64,000 nucleotides of DNA from Gemmatimonadota bacterium (GCA_958295535.1 OY282356.1:1945614-2009613), one strand, 5' to 3'. Numbered from the stretch's first letter, positions 9,782-19,473 are shown. Program-made: numbers and translations. The notes: generated by a model not told the origin, from the sequence alone.

Positions 9782-10554
9782 CATTACGAATTTCCATCGT
9801 GGTCCCGGTGTTCAACGATGTCCGGGTGGCCGACGCTCTCGAGTCCATCGTCTCTCAGCAGCACGGGCACGAAATGGAAATCATCGTAGTGGACGCCGGA
9901 TCCACCCACGAGACTTTGGAAGTCCTCGATCGATTCCGGCACAAGATTTCGACATTCATCAGCGGGCCGGACGAAGGCATCTACGACGGCATGAACAAGG
10001 GCATCCGCCGCGCCACCGGCGAGGTGGTGGGGATTCTGAACGCCGACGACCGCTACAGCGACCCGCTGGTGCTCCGGGATGTAGCCGACACCTTTGGCGA
10101 AGACAGGCATGTCGATGCCTGTTACGGCGACCAGGTCTACGTCAGCAAAGCGGGACGGGTGGTCCGGTACTGGAAGGCCGGAGAGGGCCGGAAAGCCAAC
10201 TGGCACTTGGGCTGGATGCCGCCGCATCCGACATTCTTCGTGCGGCGGCGCGTTTACGAACGCTACGGCTTATTCGACCTTCGGTATCCCATCGCGGCAG
10301 ACTACGAACTGATGCTGCGCTTGATGCTCAAGAACAAAATTGACGTGAAGTATTTGGGCAGAGTGGTGGTGAACATGGCGCCGGGGGGCAACTCCACCAA
10401 GAACATCAAGAGAATCATCAAGGCCAACATGGAGGTCGGCCGGGCCTGCCGGAACCACGGTCTGTGGAGCAGGCTCATAGTTCCCGTGGTAAAACCCGCC
10501 AGGAAGATAGCCCAGTTCATGGGTCGGCCCAAGATAGTGACCGACCCTGAATAA
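9778..10554 (+). CDS. Glycosyltransferase family 2 (GT-A)
   Basis: GTGA overlap with the upstream GT4. N-terminal ISIVVPVFNDVRVADALESIVSQQ...EIIVVDAGS...DEGIYDGMNKGI matches the GT2 DxD/nucleotide-binding region. Confidence 0.75.
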   Translation: MTLRISIVVPVFNDVRVADALESIVSQQHGHEMEIIVVDAGSTHETLEVLDRFRHKISTFISGPDEGIYDGMNKGIRRATGEVVGILNADDRYSDPLVLRDVADTFGEDRHVDACYGDQVYVSKAGRVVRYWKAGEGRKANWHLGWMPPHPTFFVRRRVYERYGLFDLRYPIAADYELMLRLMLKNKIDVKYLGRVVVNMAPGGNSTKNIKRIIKANMEVGRACRNHGLWSRLIVPVVKPARKIAQFMGRPKIVTDPE

Positions 10555-10566
10555 CAGGGACTCCCG

Positions 10567-11526
10567 CTGAACATCGTTGTCGCCGGGGCCGGCGGCTTCA
10601 TCGGACACCACCTCGTCAAGCGGCTGAAAGCCGAGGGACACTGGGTCCGGGGCGTGGACCTCAAACTGCCCGAGTTCGAGGATAGCGACGCGGACGAATT
10701 CATGATTGCCGACTTGCGCGACTTCGAGAGCTGCGTGCAAGCCTCCGACGGCATGGACGACGTCTACCAGTTGGCCGCCGACATGGGCGGCATCGGCTAC
10801 ATTACCGCCAACCACGCCATCTTGACCCGCAACAACACCCTCATCAACAGCCACATGCTGGAAGCGGCGCGGGTTTCGCGGGCAAGACGATACCTCTACA
10901 CCAGCTCCGCCTGCGTCTATCCCAGCTTTCTGCAGACCGACGGGGACATCGCCCCCCTCCGGGAAGACGAGGCCATCCCCGCGGACCCGGAGAAGGGCTA
11001 CGGCTGGGAGAAGCTGTTCGCGGAACAGTTGACCGCCTACTACAACGAAGAATGCGGCTTGGACGCGCGCATCGTCCGCTTCCACAACATCTACGGCCCC
11101 CTGGGGACATACGACGGCGGAAAGGAGAAGGCCCCCGCGGCGATTTGCCGCAAGGTGGCCCTGGCCGAGGATGGAGCCGGGATCGAGGTGTGGGGCGACG
11201 GCGAACAGACCCGCAGCTTCTGCTACATCGACGATTGCATCGAAGGACTGCGGCGCATCATGGAGTCGGGCTACGCCAAGCCGGTAAACCTGGGCTCCGA
11301 GGAGTTGGTCACCATCAACCAGTTGGTGGATGCCGTATGCGCCGCCGCCGGAAAACGACTGCTCCGCAACCATGACCTGACCAAGCCCCAGGGAGTGCGG
11401 GGCCGCAACAGCGACAATACGGTCCTGAACGAAGTCATCGGCTGGCAGCCGGAAACGGCCATCGCGGACGGCATCGAGCGCACCTACCACTGGATAGCCG
11501 GCGAACTTGCCAAGCAGAACCTCTAG
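10567..11526 (+). CDS. gme: GDP-mannose 3,5-epimerase (NAD-dependent epimerase/dehydratase superfamily)
   Basis: Long colinear match to plant and bacterial GME, from my recollection of those sequences. LAADMGGIGYITANHAILTRNNTLINSHMLEAARVS..YTSSACVYP matches LAADMGGMGFIQSNHSVIMYNNTMISFNMIEAARING..YASSACIYP. RFHNIYGPLGTYDGGKEKAPAAICRK matches RFHNIYGPFGTWKGGREKAPAAFCRK. GVRGRNSDNTVLNEVIGW matches GVRGRNSDNNLIKEKLGW. The Rossmann motif VVAGAGGFIGHHL begins only 4 codons after the upstream stop (10552-10554), and there is no ATG/GTG/TTG in frame before it. I therefore call the start at CTG 10567; the ORF track starts at GTG 10654, inside the fold. Confidence 0.8.
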   Translation: MNIVVAGAGGFIGHHLVKRLKAEGHWVRGVDLKLPEFEDSDADEFMIADLRDFESCVQASDGMDDVYQLAADMGGIGYITANHAILTRNNTLINSHMLEAARVSRARRYLYTSSACVYPSFLQTDGDIAPLREDEAIPADPEKGYGWEKLFAEQLTAYYNEECGLDARIVRFHNIYGPLGTYDGGKEKAPAAICRKVALAEDGAGIEVWGDGEQTRSFCYIDDCIEGLRRIMESGYAKPVNLGSEELVTINQLVDAVCAAAGKRLLRNHDLTKPQGVRGRNSDNTVLNEVIGWQPETAIADGIERTYHWIAGELAKQNL

Positions 11527-12424
11527 GCGGCGACCCCGCGCAAAGAGTCGCCCCCCGCGCAAAGAGTTGAGAATACTGAAAAGGCTAGTCCGCGATATCC
11601 TCCCGGCGCGGGCGCACGGCGCGCTCCGCCGGGCGGTGCGCGCCGTGCAGCTCGACCGAGCGCCTCCGATGGCGGTGGACGTTGCCCCGCTTCCGATGGC
11701 GGCGGAGATTTCATTCTCGGACTTGCTCTGCGGCAACGGCGCGGGCGCCGGATGGGAAGAGGCGAAATCTTCGATAGATGAAGTCTTCGAATACGCGCCG
11801 TGGGCCCACGCCACCGATCCCGAGAGCTGCCGGGCGATCTACCACCTGATTCGCCGTCTTCAACCGCGCTCCGTTCTGGAAATCGGCACCAACCGCGGCG
11901 CATCCACCTTATACTGCGCCATGGCGATGCGGGAGTATCGGAAGGCAGACCGCCCTCCTCCCCGTCTCGTCACCGTGGACTTGTTCGACGTCAACGACCT
12001 TGCCGCCGCCGAGGCCAAACGATACCGAATCTCCACTCGGCCACGGGATATGCTGGCCCGGCTGGACTGTGCCGACATGGTCGAGTTTTCCATCGCCCGG
12101 TCCACGGACTATCTTGGTGGCTGCGAGGCGGAGTTCGATTTCATTTTCCTGGATTACAGCCCCGTCGCGGATGTCGCCTACCGGGACATCGCGCTGGCAA
12201 CAAGGGCTCTGCGCCCGGGCGGACAGCTGTTGGTTCATTCCTACTTTCCGGACACGAAACCGCTGGGAACGGCCGAGCGCGTCAACTCCGACTCCTTCTT
12301 CGCCGTGCGCCGTCTGCGCCGGGAAGGCGCTCGCTTGGTCGCGTTGCCCCTGGGCGCGCTGCCCTGGCGGCGGGAGCAGGGCGGGTCGAACCTTACCAGT
12401 CTGGCCCTCCTGGCGAGGGAATGA
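11507..12424 (+). CDS. Class I SAM-dependent methyltransferase
   Basis: SAM-binding motif I (RSVLEIGTNRGASTLYCAMAM), an acidic loop (LVTVDLFD) and a post-II region (FDFIFLDYSP). The start is ambiguous: 11507 overlaps the gme end by 20 nt, and an alternative start is MAVDV near 11669. The stop overlaps the next gene start (ATGA). Confidence 0.6.
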   Translation: MPSRTSRRRPRAKSRPPRKELRILKRLVRDILPARAHGALRRAVRAVQLDRAPPMAVDVAPLPMAAEISFSDLLCGNGAGAGWEEAKSSIDEVFEYAPWAHATDPESCRAIYHLIRRLQPRSVLEIGTNRGASTLYCAMAMREYRKADRPPPRLVTVDLFDVNDLAAAEAKRYRISTRPRDMLARLDCADMVEFSIARSTDYLGGCEAEFDFIFLDYSPVADVAYRDIALATRALRPGGQLLVHSYFPDTKPLGTAERVNSDSFFAVRRLRREGARLVALPLGALPWRREQGGSNLTSLALLARE

Positions 12425-14043
12425 GCAACGGCGCACCGCCCTCGGGAACGCATGACATGGCCTACTTGACACGGGAGACTACGGAAATGCGGCAGTCCGA
12501 AGCGTCTCCCGCTCCCCTCCGCAAGCGGATCATGATAGTCGATCCGCCTTTCAAGCGTCTCTACCACGACAATGCCTCGCTGGTGAAGTTCCCCCTGGCG
12601 CTTGGCTATCTCTCGGGGGCGGTCCTGAAGTGGACGGATTGGGAGGTCCAGGCCTACAACGCCGACTTCAATCCGCATAGAAAAGCCATCTCGATCGACA
12701 ACGTGACCCGCATCAAGGAAGGAATGGACCGCTACCTGCGGACGCTGGAAGACTCGTCGGCGCCCATATGGGCAGAAATACGTTCGGCGATCACGGAGTT
12801 CGATCCGGGCATCGTCGGCATAAGCTCCAAGACGCAGAACTTTCCGTCCGCGATGAGGGTTGCGCGAATCGCCAAGGAGCATAATCCCGGCACGCTGGTC
12901 GTCTTGGGCGGCCCCCACGCCACCTTGTCCACTACGAGCGCGTTGGATTGCCCTGATATCGATGTGGCGGTGCTGGGCGAAGGCGAGATGACGCTGGTCG
13001 AGCTGATCGACGTCTGGGAAAAAGGGGCATCGCTGGGCGATGTGGCGGGACTGGCCTACCGCCAGGACGGTCGCAAGGCGTTCACGCCGCCGCGCGCCAA
13101 CATTCCCGATCTCGACGAACTGCCTTACCCGGCGGAAGCCGCGCCGCAAGTTCTTCGGGACTACGAAAGCTATCCGGCCAATGCCTTCGGATACGTCTTT
13201 TCGGCTCGCGGCTGCCCTTACAGTTGCACCTTCTGCGAGTCCAAAGCCATCTGGACGCAAAGAACCCGCTGGCGCTCGCCGGAAAACGTGGTGGGGGAAC
13301 TCAAGCTATTGATGGCGCGGGGCGTCCGGTACGTCTACTTCGACGATGACACCTTCGGCATCCACCCCCGCTACATCAAGGAACTGTGCGGTCTGATCGA
13401 AACCGAGTGCCGCGGACTCAAATGGGGTTGCGAGATAACCGTGGGCGTCGTCAAGGAGCGATCGGTCGAATACATGAGCCGTTCCCGCTGCGTGCGAGTC
13501 AATATCGGCATCGAGTCGGGCAACAACCGGATACTGCGGGCCGTCAAGAAGGGGCACACCATCGAGAAGGCGTATCCCGCCGTGGATCTTTGCCGACGGA
13601 AGGGTATTGAAGTCGGCGCCTTCTTCATGATCGGTTTCCCGTGGGAAACGGAAGATACGTTCCGAGACACGCTGACGGCCATCAAGAAGATTAACGCCGA
13701 CAACATCATGCTGAGCATTTTCACCCCCTATCCCGGCTCCGAGCTGTTCCAGGTGTGCAAGGAGCTAGGGGTGGTGGACGACGACTTCGACATCACGATT
13801 TACAATCACCAGAGTCCGGAGAACTGTTTCACCGCCTTTATCCTCCCGGAGCGTTTCAAGGAGCTGGTCCGGGAGGCGGCCTCTGTCGTCGGACGCAAGA
13901 ACAGCCGCGGCCGGCGGCGGCGGGTAGCCCGGATGCTGCGCCAGCGCGACTTCTATCGCACGGGGCAGATGGCAAGGCAGTTCCTCCTCACCCGCTTGGC
14001 GTGGTACTTGAACGGGCTGAAGCTGGTCTTCTCTAGGCGCTAG
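12421..14043 (+). CDS. B12-binding domain-containing radical SAM protein (class B radical SAM, methyltransferase-like)
   Basis: ATG at 12421 (MSNGAPPSG...); the listed ORF 11800..14043 includes an out-of-frame upstream extension. The N-terminal B12-binding-like domain (IMIVDPPF...GIVGISSKTQNFPSAMRVARIAKEHNPGTLVVLGGPHATL) is followed by a radical SAM CxxxCxxC motif (SARGCPYSCTFCES) and a TIM-barrel region. Confidence 0.8.
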   Translation: MSNGAPPSGTHDMAYLTRETTEMRQSEASPAPLRKRIMIVDPPFKRLYHDNASLVKFPLALGYLSGAVLKWTDWEVQAYNADFNPHRKAISIDNVTRIKEGMDRYLRTLEDSSAPIWAEIRSAITEFDPGIVGISSKTQNFPSAMRVARIAKEHNPGTLVVLGGPHATLSTTSALDCPDIDVAVLGEGEMTLVELIDVWEKGASLGDVAGLAYRQDGRKAFTPPRANIPDLDELPYPAEAAPQVLRDYESYPANAFGYVFSARGCPYSCTFCESKAIWTQRTRWRSPENVVGELKLLMARGVRYVYFDDDTFGIHPRYIKELCGLIETECRGLKWGCEITVGVVKERSVEYMSRSRCVRVNIGIESGNNRILRAVKKGHTIEKAYPAVDLCRRKGIEVGAFFMIGFPWETEDTFRDTLTAIKKINADNIMLSIFTPYPGSELFQVCKELGVVDDDFDITIYNHQSPENCFTAFILPERFKELVREAASVVGRKNSRGRRRRVARMLRQRDFYRTGQMARQFLLTRLAWYLNGLKLVFSRR

Positions 14044-14050
14044 CCCCTGC

Positions 14051-14950
14051 ATGGACATCTTGCGTTTTCCGACCCGCTATGCGCCCCGGCTGGTCAAGAA
14101 AGCGTACCGGCGCCTCTTCGGCGACGAGAAGTGGTTCCTGGTCGTGAACGCCGGCCGGCCCGTGGCCGATTCGGGAATCGACGGACGGGCGCCCGCGGCG
14201 CAGTTCAAAGTGCATCACGCTCCGCCCGGTCGTTTCTGGGCCGACCCCTTTCCCATAGTCGTCGACGGCCAGGTTTGGGTGTTCTTCGAGGATTACTCTT
14301 TTGCGTCGAAGAAGGCCGCTATCGCCTGCGCCCCGGTATCCGCCGACGGCGACCTGGGCGAAGTTGCCACCGCGTTGAAATGTTCGTATCATCTCTCCTA
14401 CCCGTTCGTCTTCGAGCGCCGGGGCCGGCTCTATCTGATTCCCGACACCTGGGACGAGAACCGCATCGACCTGTGGTGCTGCCGCCGATTCCCCGGCGAT
14501 TGGACCCGAGAACGGACGCTGCTGGACGGAGTGAGCATGAGCGACCCGACCCTGCACCGGCAGGACGGGAAGCTGTGGCTGTTCGGCACAGTGAGCGAAG
14601 CGAGGGCGAGGGCCAATGCCGAACTGCACATTTACATGGCCGATGCCCTGGACGGGGCGTGGCGGCCCCACCCGGCGAATCCGGTGGTGTCCGACCGCAG
14701 GCGGGCCCGTCCGGCGGGTCGGCTGTTCTTGCGGGACGGCCACCTGATTCGTCCGGGGCAGGATTGCAGCGGAGGCTACGGACGGGCGGTTGTCCTCAAC
14801 CGGGTCGACGCGCTGGACGAGCGCGCCTATGCCGAAACCCCCATCGGGCGCATTGACGGCTCCGGACTGCCCGGCAACCGGGGCACGCACACGATCAACT
14901 GCGCGGGCGGCCTCGAATTCCTCGACGGACGAGTCCTGCACCGGCATTGA
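14051..14950 (+). CDS. Hypothetical protein (299 aa), possibly a beta-propeller / glycoside-hydrolase-like fold; function unknown
   Basis: ORF with good coding character (WADPFPIVVDGQVWVFFEDY; LHIYMADALDGAWRPHPANPVV). Its last ~150 nt are duplicated at 17798..17945 as part of the 3-kb tandem repeat. Confidence 0.5.
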   Translation: MDILRFPTRYAPRLVKKAYRRLFGDEKWFLVVNAGRPVADSGIDGRAPAAQFKVHHAPPGRFWADPFPIVVDGQVWVFFEDYSFASKKAAIACAPVSADGDLGEVATALKCSYHLSYPFVFERRGRLYLIPDTWDENRIDLWCCRRFPGDWTRERTLLDGVSMSDPTLHRQDGKLWLFGTVSEARARANAELHIYMADALDGAWRPHPANPVVSDRRRARPAGRLFLRDGHLIRPGQDCSGGYGRAVVLNRVDALDERAYAETPIGRIDGSGLPGNRGTHTINCAGGLEFLDGRVLHRH

Positions 14951-16449
14951 GCACATTGAGACCTGACCGAAAGACGGCATTCAAGTTCGTCTTCGCGACA
15001 TTGCTCGTAGCGGCGGCCTTTTCCGCTACATATACGTCATCCGCGGCGGCCTTTTCCGAGTCGGACCTGAGAATCATTCTAAAACTCGGCGGAACGGTTA
15101 ACGCCGTCCTTTTGCTCGGCGCGCTGTTCTTCCTGCGCTCTGGAGTCATAGCGAACGCTGTCCTGTCGCTGATTGTGCTGGCCAGCGTTGCGACGGCGTA
15201 CATCATCCATACCGATCTCTATCTGACCGGAAACAGGGCCGTCCTCATTGCGCTATGCGCCGGATCCGGCGCAGGGCTGTTCGTCGCCTTCCGTGTCATC
15301 GACGAGCAGCGCTGGGGAGGCATTGCGCTCTCGGCGGCGGCGGCGCTCGGGCTTGGGATCATTGCCAGCGGGCACCGGAGGCCGACGATGTCCCCCGCAC
15401 CCGCAACGGTGGATACGACGTACATTCGGGACATCTCCTTCCGGGAGACGCCAAACCTGTATTTCGTTTCCTTCGATGCCCTGGCCCCACGCGCATTGCT
15501 CAAGAAATACCTTGGCTTGGAAACCACAAAATTTCATGATCTGTTCGATAATTACTTTCGCCGCTTCCCCAATTTCTTCGCCAACTCCGTCCCCACTATT
15601 GCTTCTCTCAACACTGTCTTGGCGCTGGACGTGGATGCGTATACCGCACAACGAAAGGAGTTGAATGCAGGGGGAGACAACTCTGAGCCGTCCTTGTTCT
15701 CTGGTCAATATCCGTCGAATCTCCTTGCAATCCTCCATGGAAACGGCTACGAGACAACATCAATCTATGTGGACAACTTTTTCGGGGACGAAAAGGGTCA
15801 ATATATCAACAACTACATCACGATCCAGAACAACACCGTCTGTAATAGACTGGACGCCAGCATATCGGATTTTGCTTTCTGGGGACATTGCCGGATCGGA
15901 AGAGGTGAGATGGATATGGTCGCCGAGCGGATCACCAGGGTGAACGCCAACGACAAGCCTCAATTCGTGATAGCTTACCTGTCCGTACCGACACATACTG
16001 GTAGCTCGTTCCGGTATGATGATGCGGAACAGCTCGAGGCATTCAGACGTGCCTACATCAACAATAGCGAACGAGCAGCTCGCTACCTGGATTTAGTCGT
16101 CCGGCACCTGGAAGAAAATGACCCTGGCGCCATCTTGCTCGTGTTCGGCGACCACGGCCCGTTCCTGTCTCGGGGGCTGCAGTTCGCGGACGATCCGGAG
16201 TTCGTCTTCCAGGACAATTACGGCATTCTGGGCGGCGTCTATCCCCGTGACACGTGCGCTCGGTGGTTCGACGAAGCATCGTCCCAGGATTACATGACGA
16301 TTCTGGACGCCGTTCACGCTCTGCTTCGCTGCCTGTCCGGCGGTGAAAGCCCACTCATCAAGCCGCACAGATATACGCGACCCGAGTACGGGCCTATCCC
16401 CCGGCACGATAGAGCTTACTACAGGGACTTTCTCTATGATTCTCGATGA
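14947..16449 (+). CDS. Membrane-anchored alkaline-phosphatase-superfamily (sulfatase-fold) phosphotransferase-like protein, copy 1
   Basis: TTG start overlapping the upstream stop. Four to five N-terminal TM helices precede a soluble domain with sulfatase/LTA-synthase-like motifs (FVSFDALAPRAL; LLVFGDHGPFLSRG). There is no Cys/Ser-x-Pro-x-Arg formylglycine motif, so it is more likely a phospho-substituent transferase/hydrolase than a true sulfatase. Confidence 0.7.
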   Translation: MSTLRPDRKTAFKFVFATLLVAAAFSATYTSSAAAFSESDLRIILKLGGTVNAVLLLGALFFLRSGVIANAVLSLIVLASVATAYIIHTDLYLTGNRAVLIALCAGSGAGLFVAFRVIDEQRWGGIALSAAAALGLGIIASGHRRPTMSPAPATVDTTYIRDISFRETPNLYFVSFDALAPRALLKKYLGLETTKFHDLFDNYFRRFPNFFANSVPTIASLNTVLALDVDAYTAQRKELNAGGDNSEPSLFSGQYPSNLLAILHGNGYETTSIYVDNFFGDEKGQYINNYITIQNNTVCNRLDASISDFAFWGHCRIGRGEMDMVAERITRVNANDKPQFVIAYLSVPTHTGSSFRYDDAEQLEAFRRAYINNSERAARYLDLVVRHLEENDPGAILLVFGDHGPFLSRGLQFADDPEFVFQDNYGILGGVYPRDTCARWFDEASSQDYMTILDAVHALLRCLSGGESPLIKPHRYTRPEYGPIPRHDRAYYRDFLYDSR

Positions 16450-16470
16450 TATGGACCAACACGGCACGAT

Positions 16471-16720
16471 ATGGCGATCGCCGCCACCGCATTTTGTCTT
16501 TGTGCCGACTGCGGCTCTCGCCTATGTCGATCCCGGCTCCGCCGGCTTCCTCATCACCAGTGTGCTGGGCTTTCTGGCGGCCTGTGGCTACATCATTCGG
16601 GGGGGCAGGGGCCGCTTGAAGCGCCGAATTCTTCATTCGGACAGGAAAGCGGCGGGCAGAGGCGGCGATGGTTCCGATTCCACGGACGCGCGTCCCAAGG
16701 ATGGAAGTGCTCAGGGCTGA
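16471..16720 (+). pseudogene. Small single-TM membrane protein, copy 1 (frameshifted relative to copy 2 at 19498..19740)
   Basis: Copy 2 reads MIAATAFVFVPTAAHAYVDPGSAGLVITSVLGALAAGGYIIRGYLGRLKRRILHSDRK. Copy 1 has a 1-nt insertion in a T-run (gcattttgtc vs gcgtttgtc). The MAIAATAF start is therefore out of frame with the conserved TM/basic-tail part, which lies in the frame of ORF 16343..16720. Confidence 0.3.
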
Positions 16721-17797
16721 CGGCGGGTCGTTCAAGGACCCGGCCGGACAAGTGTACCGGGTCATGCGGGACACCGGAGAGGCGAGCATCGTTCGCGGGT
16801 TGAATCCATCCGCCGCCAGAATAGTGGAGAACCTGCTTGCCGAGCCCTTTTTCCAGGACTTGGTCGATAACGGTCAGGTCGTGGCGACGCAGCTGCTCCA
16901 CCCGGAACTCCCCCACGCTCGGCACGTGATGAAGGAGGGCTGGAGCGCCGCCGTGGAGCATGAGGTGGTGGACTTCGTGACTTGGCCCTACGAGTGGCCG
17001 TTCTCGATGCTCAAGGACGCGGCGCTGCTGCGCAATTGCGGATACTGGAGACCGGAGCCAGAAACGGCTGGCTGCTCAAGGACGCGACGTCGTTCAACGT
17101 GCAATGGATGGGCGTACGCCCGGTATTCATCGACATACCGTCGTTCATCCCTTGGGAAGAGGGCGAATACTGGCGGGGGTATCGTCAATTCTGCGCGACC
17201 TTCCTGACACCGTTGCTGCTGACGGCGCATCTGGGCATCCCGTTCCACCCGCTGCTCCGCTCGCGCCTCGACGGCATCCCGCCAGAGGAAGCTAGTCGGT
17301 ACTTTCGTGGGCTGAGGCGTTTCAAGCGCGGAGTCCTGTCGCATGTCTGGCTTCCCGCCAAGGCCGAGCGCAGCGGCCCCCGATCGACGCGCCCACATCG
17401 ACGACAGCCGAAGACGATGCTGTTCGCGCTGTGGGACAGCCTGCGGCGGCTCATCGGCGGGTTGTCCAGTGGGCGGGCCCGTTCCACTTGGTCGCAATAC
17501 GCCAGGAATCATTCCTACGACGCAGCCGACTTCGAACGGAAGAAGGACTTCGTGCTACGGCACACCGCGGTGCGCGACCCTGGGCTGACTTGGGACCTGG
17601 GCGCGAATACCGGCGCGTTCGCGCGTATCGCCGCCGAGCACTCGGGGGTGGTCGCTGCCGTGGACGCGGATCACGATGCCGTCGATGATCTTTATCGCGA
17701 AGTGCGACAGAACGGACCGGAGAATGTCATTCCGCTGGTGATGGATCTGGCGAACCTCTCGCCGGGACAGGATTGGGCGGGTCGCGAGCGTCCGGAA
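16668..17797 (+). pseudogene. Two-domain methyltransferase-like gene, copy 1: frameshifted and 3'-truncated by the tandem-duplication junction
   Basis: Relative to the intact copy (19727..21130), copy 1 has a 2-bp insertion (ctgctgcgcaattgcgg vs ctgctgcaattgcgg, ~17027). This splits it into ORFs 16668..17207 and 16982..17854. It ends at the duplication junction (~17797) without its C-terminal third. Confidence 0.6.
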
Positions 17798-17958
17798 CCG
17801 GGTCGACGCGCTGGACGAGCGCGCCTACGCCGAAACCCCCATCGGGCGCATTGACGGCTCGGGACTGCCCGGCAACCGGGGCACGCACACGATCAACTGC
17901 GCGGGCGGCCTCGAATTCCTCGACGGACGAGTCCTGCACCGACGACAATAAACCGGCT

Positions 17959-19473
17959 TTGAGCGCATTGAGACCTGACCGAAAGACCGCATTCAAGTTC
18001 GTCTTCGCGACATTGCTCGTAGCGGTGGCCTTTGCCGCTACATATACGTCATCCGCAGCGGCCTTTTCCGAGTCGGACCTGAGAAGCATTCTAATGCTCG
18101 GCGGGACGGTTAACACCGTCCTTTTGCTCGGCGCGCTGTTCTTCCTGCGCTCTGGAGTCATAGCGAACGCTGTCCTGTCGCTGATTGTGCTGGCCAGCGT
18201 TGCGACGGCGTACATCATCCAGACCGATCTCTATCTGACCGGAAACGGGGCCGTCCTCATTGCGCTATGCGCCGGATCCGGCGCAGGGCTGTTCGTCGCC
18301 TTCCGTGTCATCGACGAGCAGCGCTGGGGAGGCATTGCGCTCTCGGCGGCGGCGTTGCTCGGGCTTGGGATTATTGCCAGCGGGCACCGGAGGCCGACGA
18401 TGTCCCCCGCACCCGCAACCGTGGATACGACGTACATTCGGGACATCTCCTTCCGGGAGACGCCAAACCTGTATTTCGTTTCCTTCGATGCCCTGGTCCC
18501 ACGCGCATTGCTCAAGAAATACCTTGGCTTGGAAACCACAAGATTTCATGATCTGTTCGATAATTACTTTCGCCGTTTCCCCAATTTCTTCGCCAACTCC
18601 GTCCCCACTATTGCTTCTCTCAACACTGTCTTGGCGCTGGACGTGGATGCGTATACCGCACAACGAAAGGAGTTGAATGCAGGGGGAGACAACCCTGAAC
18701 CGTCCTTATTCTCTGGTCAAGACCCGTCGAATCTCCTTGCAATCCTCCACGGAAACGGCTACGAGACAACATCAATCTATATGGACAACTTTTTCGGAGA
18801 CGAAAAGGGTCAATATATCAACAACTACATCACGATCCAGAACAACACCGTCTGTAATAGACTGGACGCCAGCATACGGGATTTTGCTTTCTGGGGATAT
18901 TGCCGGTTCGGAAGAACTGCGTGGTTCACTGCAATGGATATGGTCGCCGAGCGGATCACCAGGGTGAACGCCAACGACAAGCCTCAATTCGTGATAGCTT
19001 ACCTGTATGCACCGGGACATACTGATAACTCATTCCGGTATTATGATGCGGAAGAGCTCGAGGTATTCAGACGCGCCTACGTCAACAATAGCGAACGAGC
19101 AGCTCGCTACCTAGCTTTAGTCGTCCGGCACCTGCAAGAAAATGACCCTGGCGCCATCTTGCTCGTGTTCGGCGACCACGGCCCGTACCTGTCTCGGGGG
19201 CTGCAATTCGAGGACGATCCGGATTTCGTCTTCCAGGACAAGTACGGCATTCTGGGCGGCGTCTATCCCCGGGATGTGTGCGTTAGGTGGTTCGACGAAG
19301 CATCGTCCCAGGATTACATGACGATTCTGGACGCCGTTCACGCTCTGCTTCGCTGCCTGTCCGGCGGTGAAAGCCCGCTCATCAAGCCGCACAGATATAC
19401 GCGACCCGAGTACGGGCCGATCCCCCGGCACTATAGAGCTTACTACAGGGACTTTCTCTATGATTCTCGATGA
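17959..19473 (+). CDS. Membrane-anchored alkaline-phosphatase-superfamily (sulfatase-fold) phosphotransferase-like protein, copy 2
   Basis: TTG 17959 is equivalent to the copy-1 start (LSALRPDRKTAFKF...). Full-length paralog (LLVFGDHGPYLSRG). The listed ORF 17773..19473 includes read-through of the duplicated upstream fragment. Confidence 0.7.
   Translation: MSALRPDRKTAFKFVFATLLVAVAFAATYTSSAAAFSESDLRSILMLGGTVNTVLLLGALFFLRSGVIANAVLSLIVLASVATAYIIQTDLYLTGNGAVLIALCAGSGAGLFVAFRVIDEQRWGGIALSAAALLGLGIIASGHRRPTMSPAPATVDTTYIRDISFRETPNLYFVSFDALVPRALLKKYLGLETTRFHDLFDNYFRRFPNFFANSVPTIASLNTVLALDVDAYTAQRKELNAGGDNPEPSLFSGQDPSNLLAILHGNGYETTSIYMDNFFGDEKGQYINNYITIQNNTVCNRLDASIRDFAFWGYCRFGRTAWFTAMDMVAERITRVNANDKPQFVIAYLYAPGHTDNSFRYYDAEELEVFRRAYVNNSERAARYLALVVRHLQENDPGAILLVFGDHGPYLSRGLQFEDDPDFVFQDKYGILGGVYPRDVCVRWFDEASSQDYMTILDAVHALLRCLSGGESPLIKPHRYTRPEYGPIPRHYRAYYRDFLYDSR

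Larger units (their letters stand above)
14797..17797 (+). repeat. Copy 1 of a ~3.0-kb direct tandem duplication (3' end of the hypothetical gene + sulfatase-fold gene + small membrane ORF + 5' two-thirds of the methyltransferase-like gene)
   Basis: Positions 14797..17797 align colinearly with 17798..20797 at roughly 95% identity with small indels, from hand comparison of several stretches. The junction at ~17797 fuses the methyltransferase interior (..ggtcgcgagcgtccgg) to aaccgggtcgacgcgctggacgagcgcgcc, which occurs at 14797. Confidence 0.85.

Noticed and set aside
10270-11814. 514-aa minus-strand ORF
   Set aside because: It is antisense to the well-supported GT2 and gme genes and has no recognisable motifs. 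It is a high-GC artefact.
11800-12420. N-terminal 200-aa extension of listed ORF 11800..14043
   Set aside because: It overlaps the methyltransferase gene out of frame and is compositionally junk. The radical SAM protein begins at ATG 12421 (ATGA overlap).
12241-13260. 339-aa minus-strand ORF
   Set aside because: It is antisense to the B12-binding radical SAM gene, whose CxxxCxxC motif and B12 fold are clear on the plus strand.
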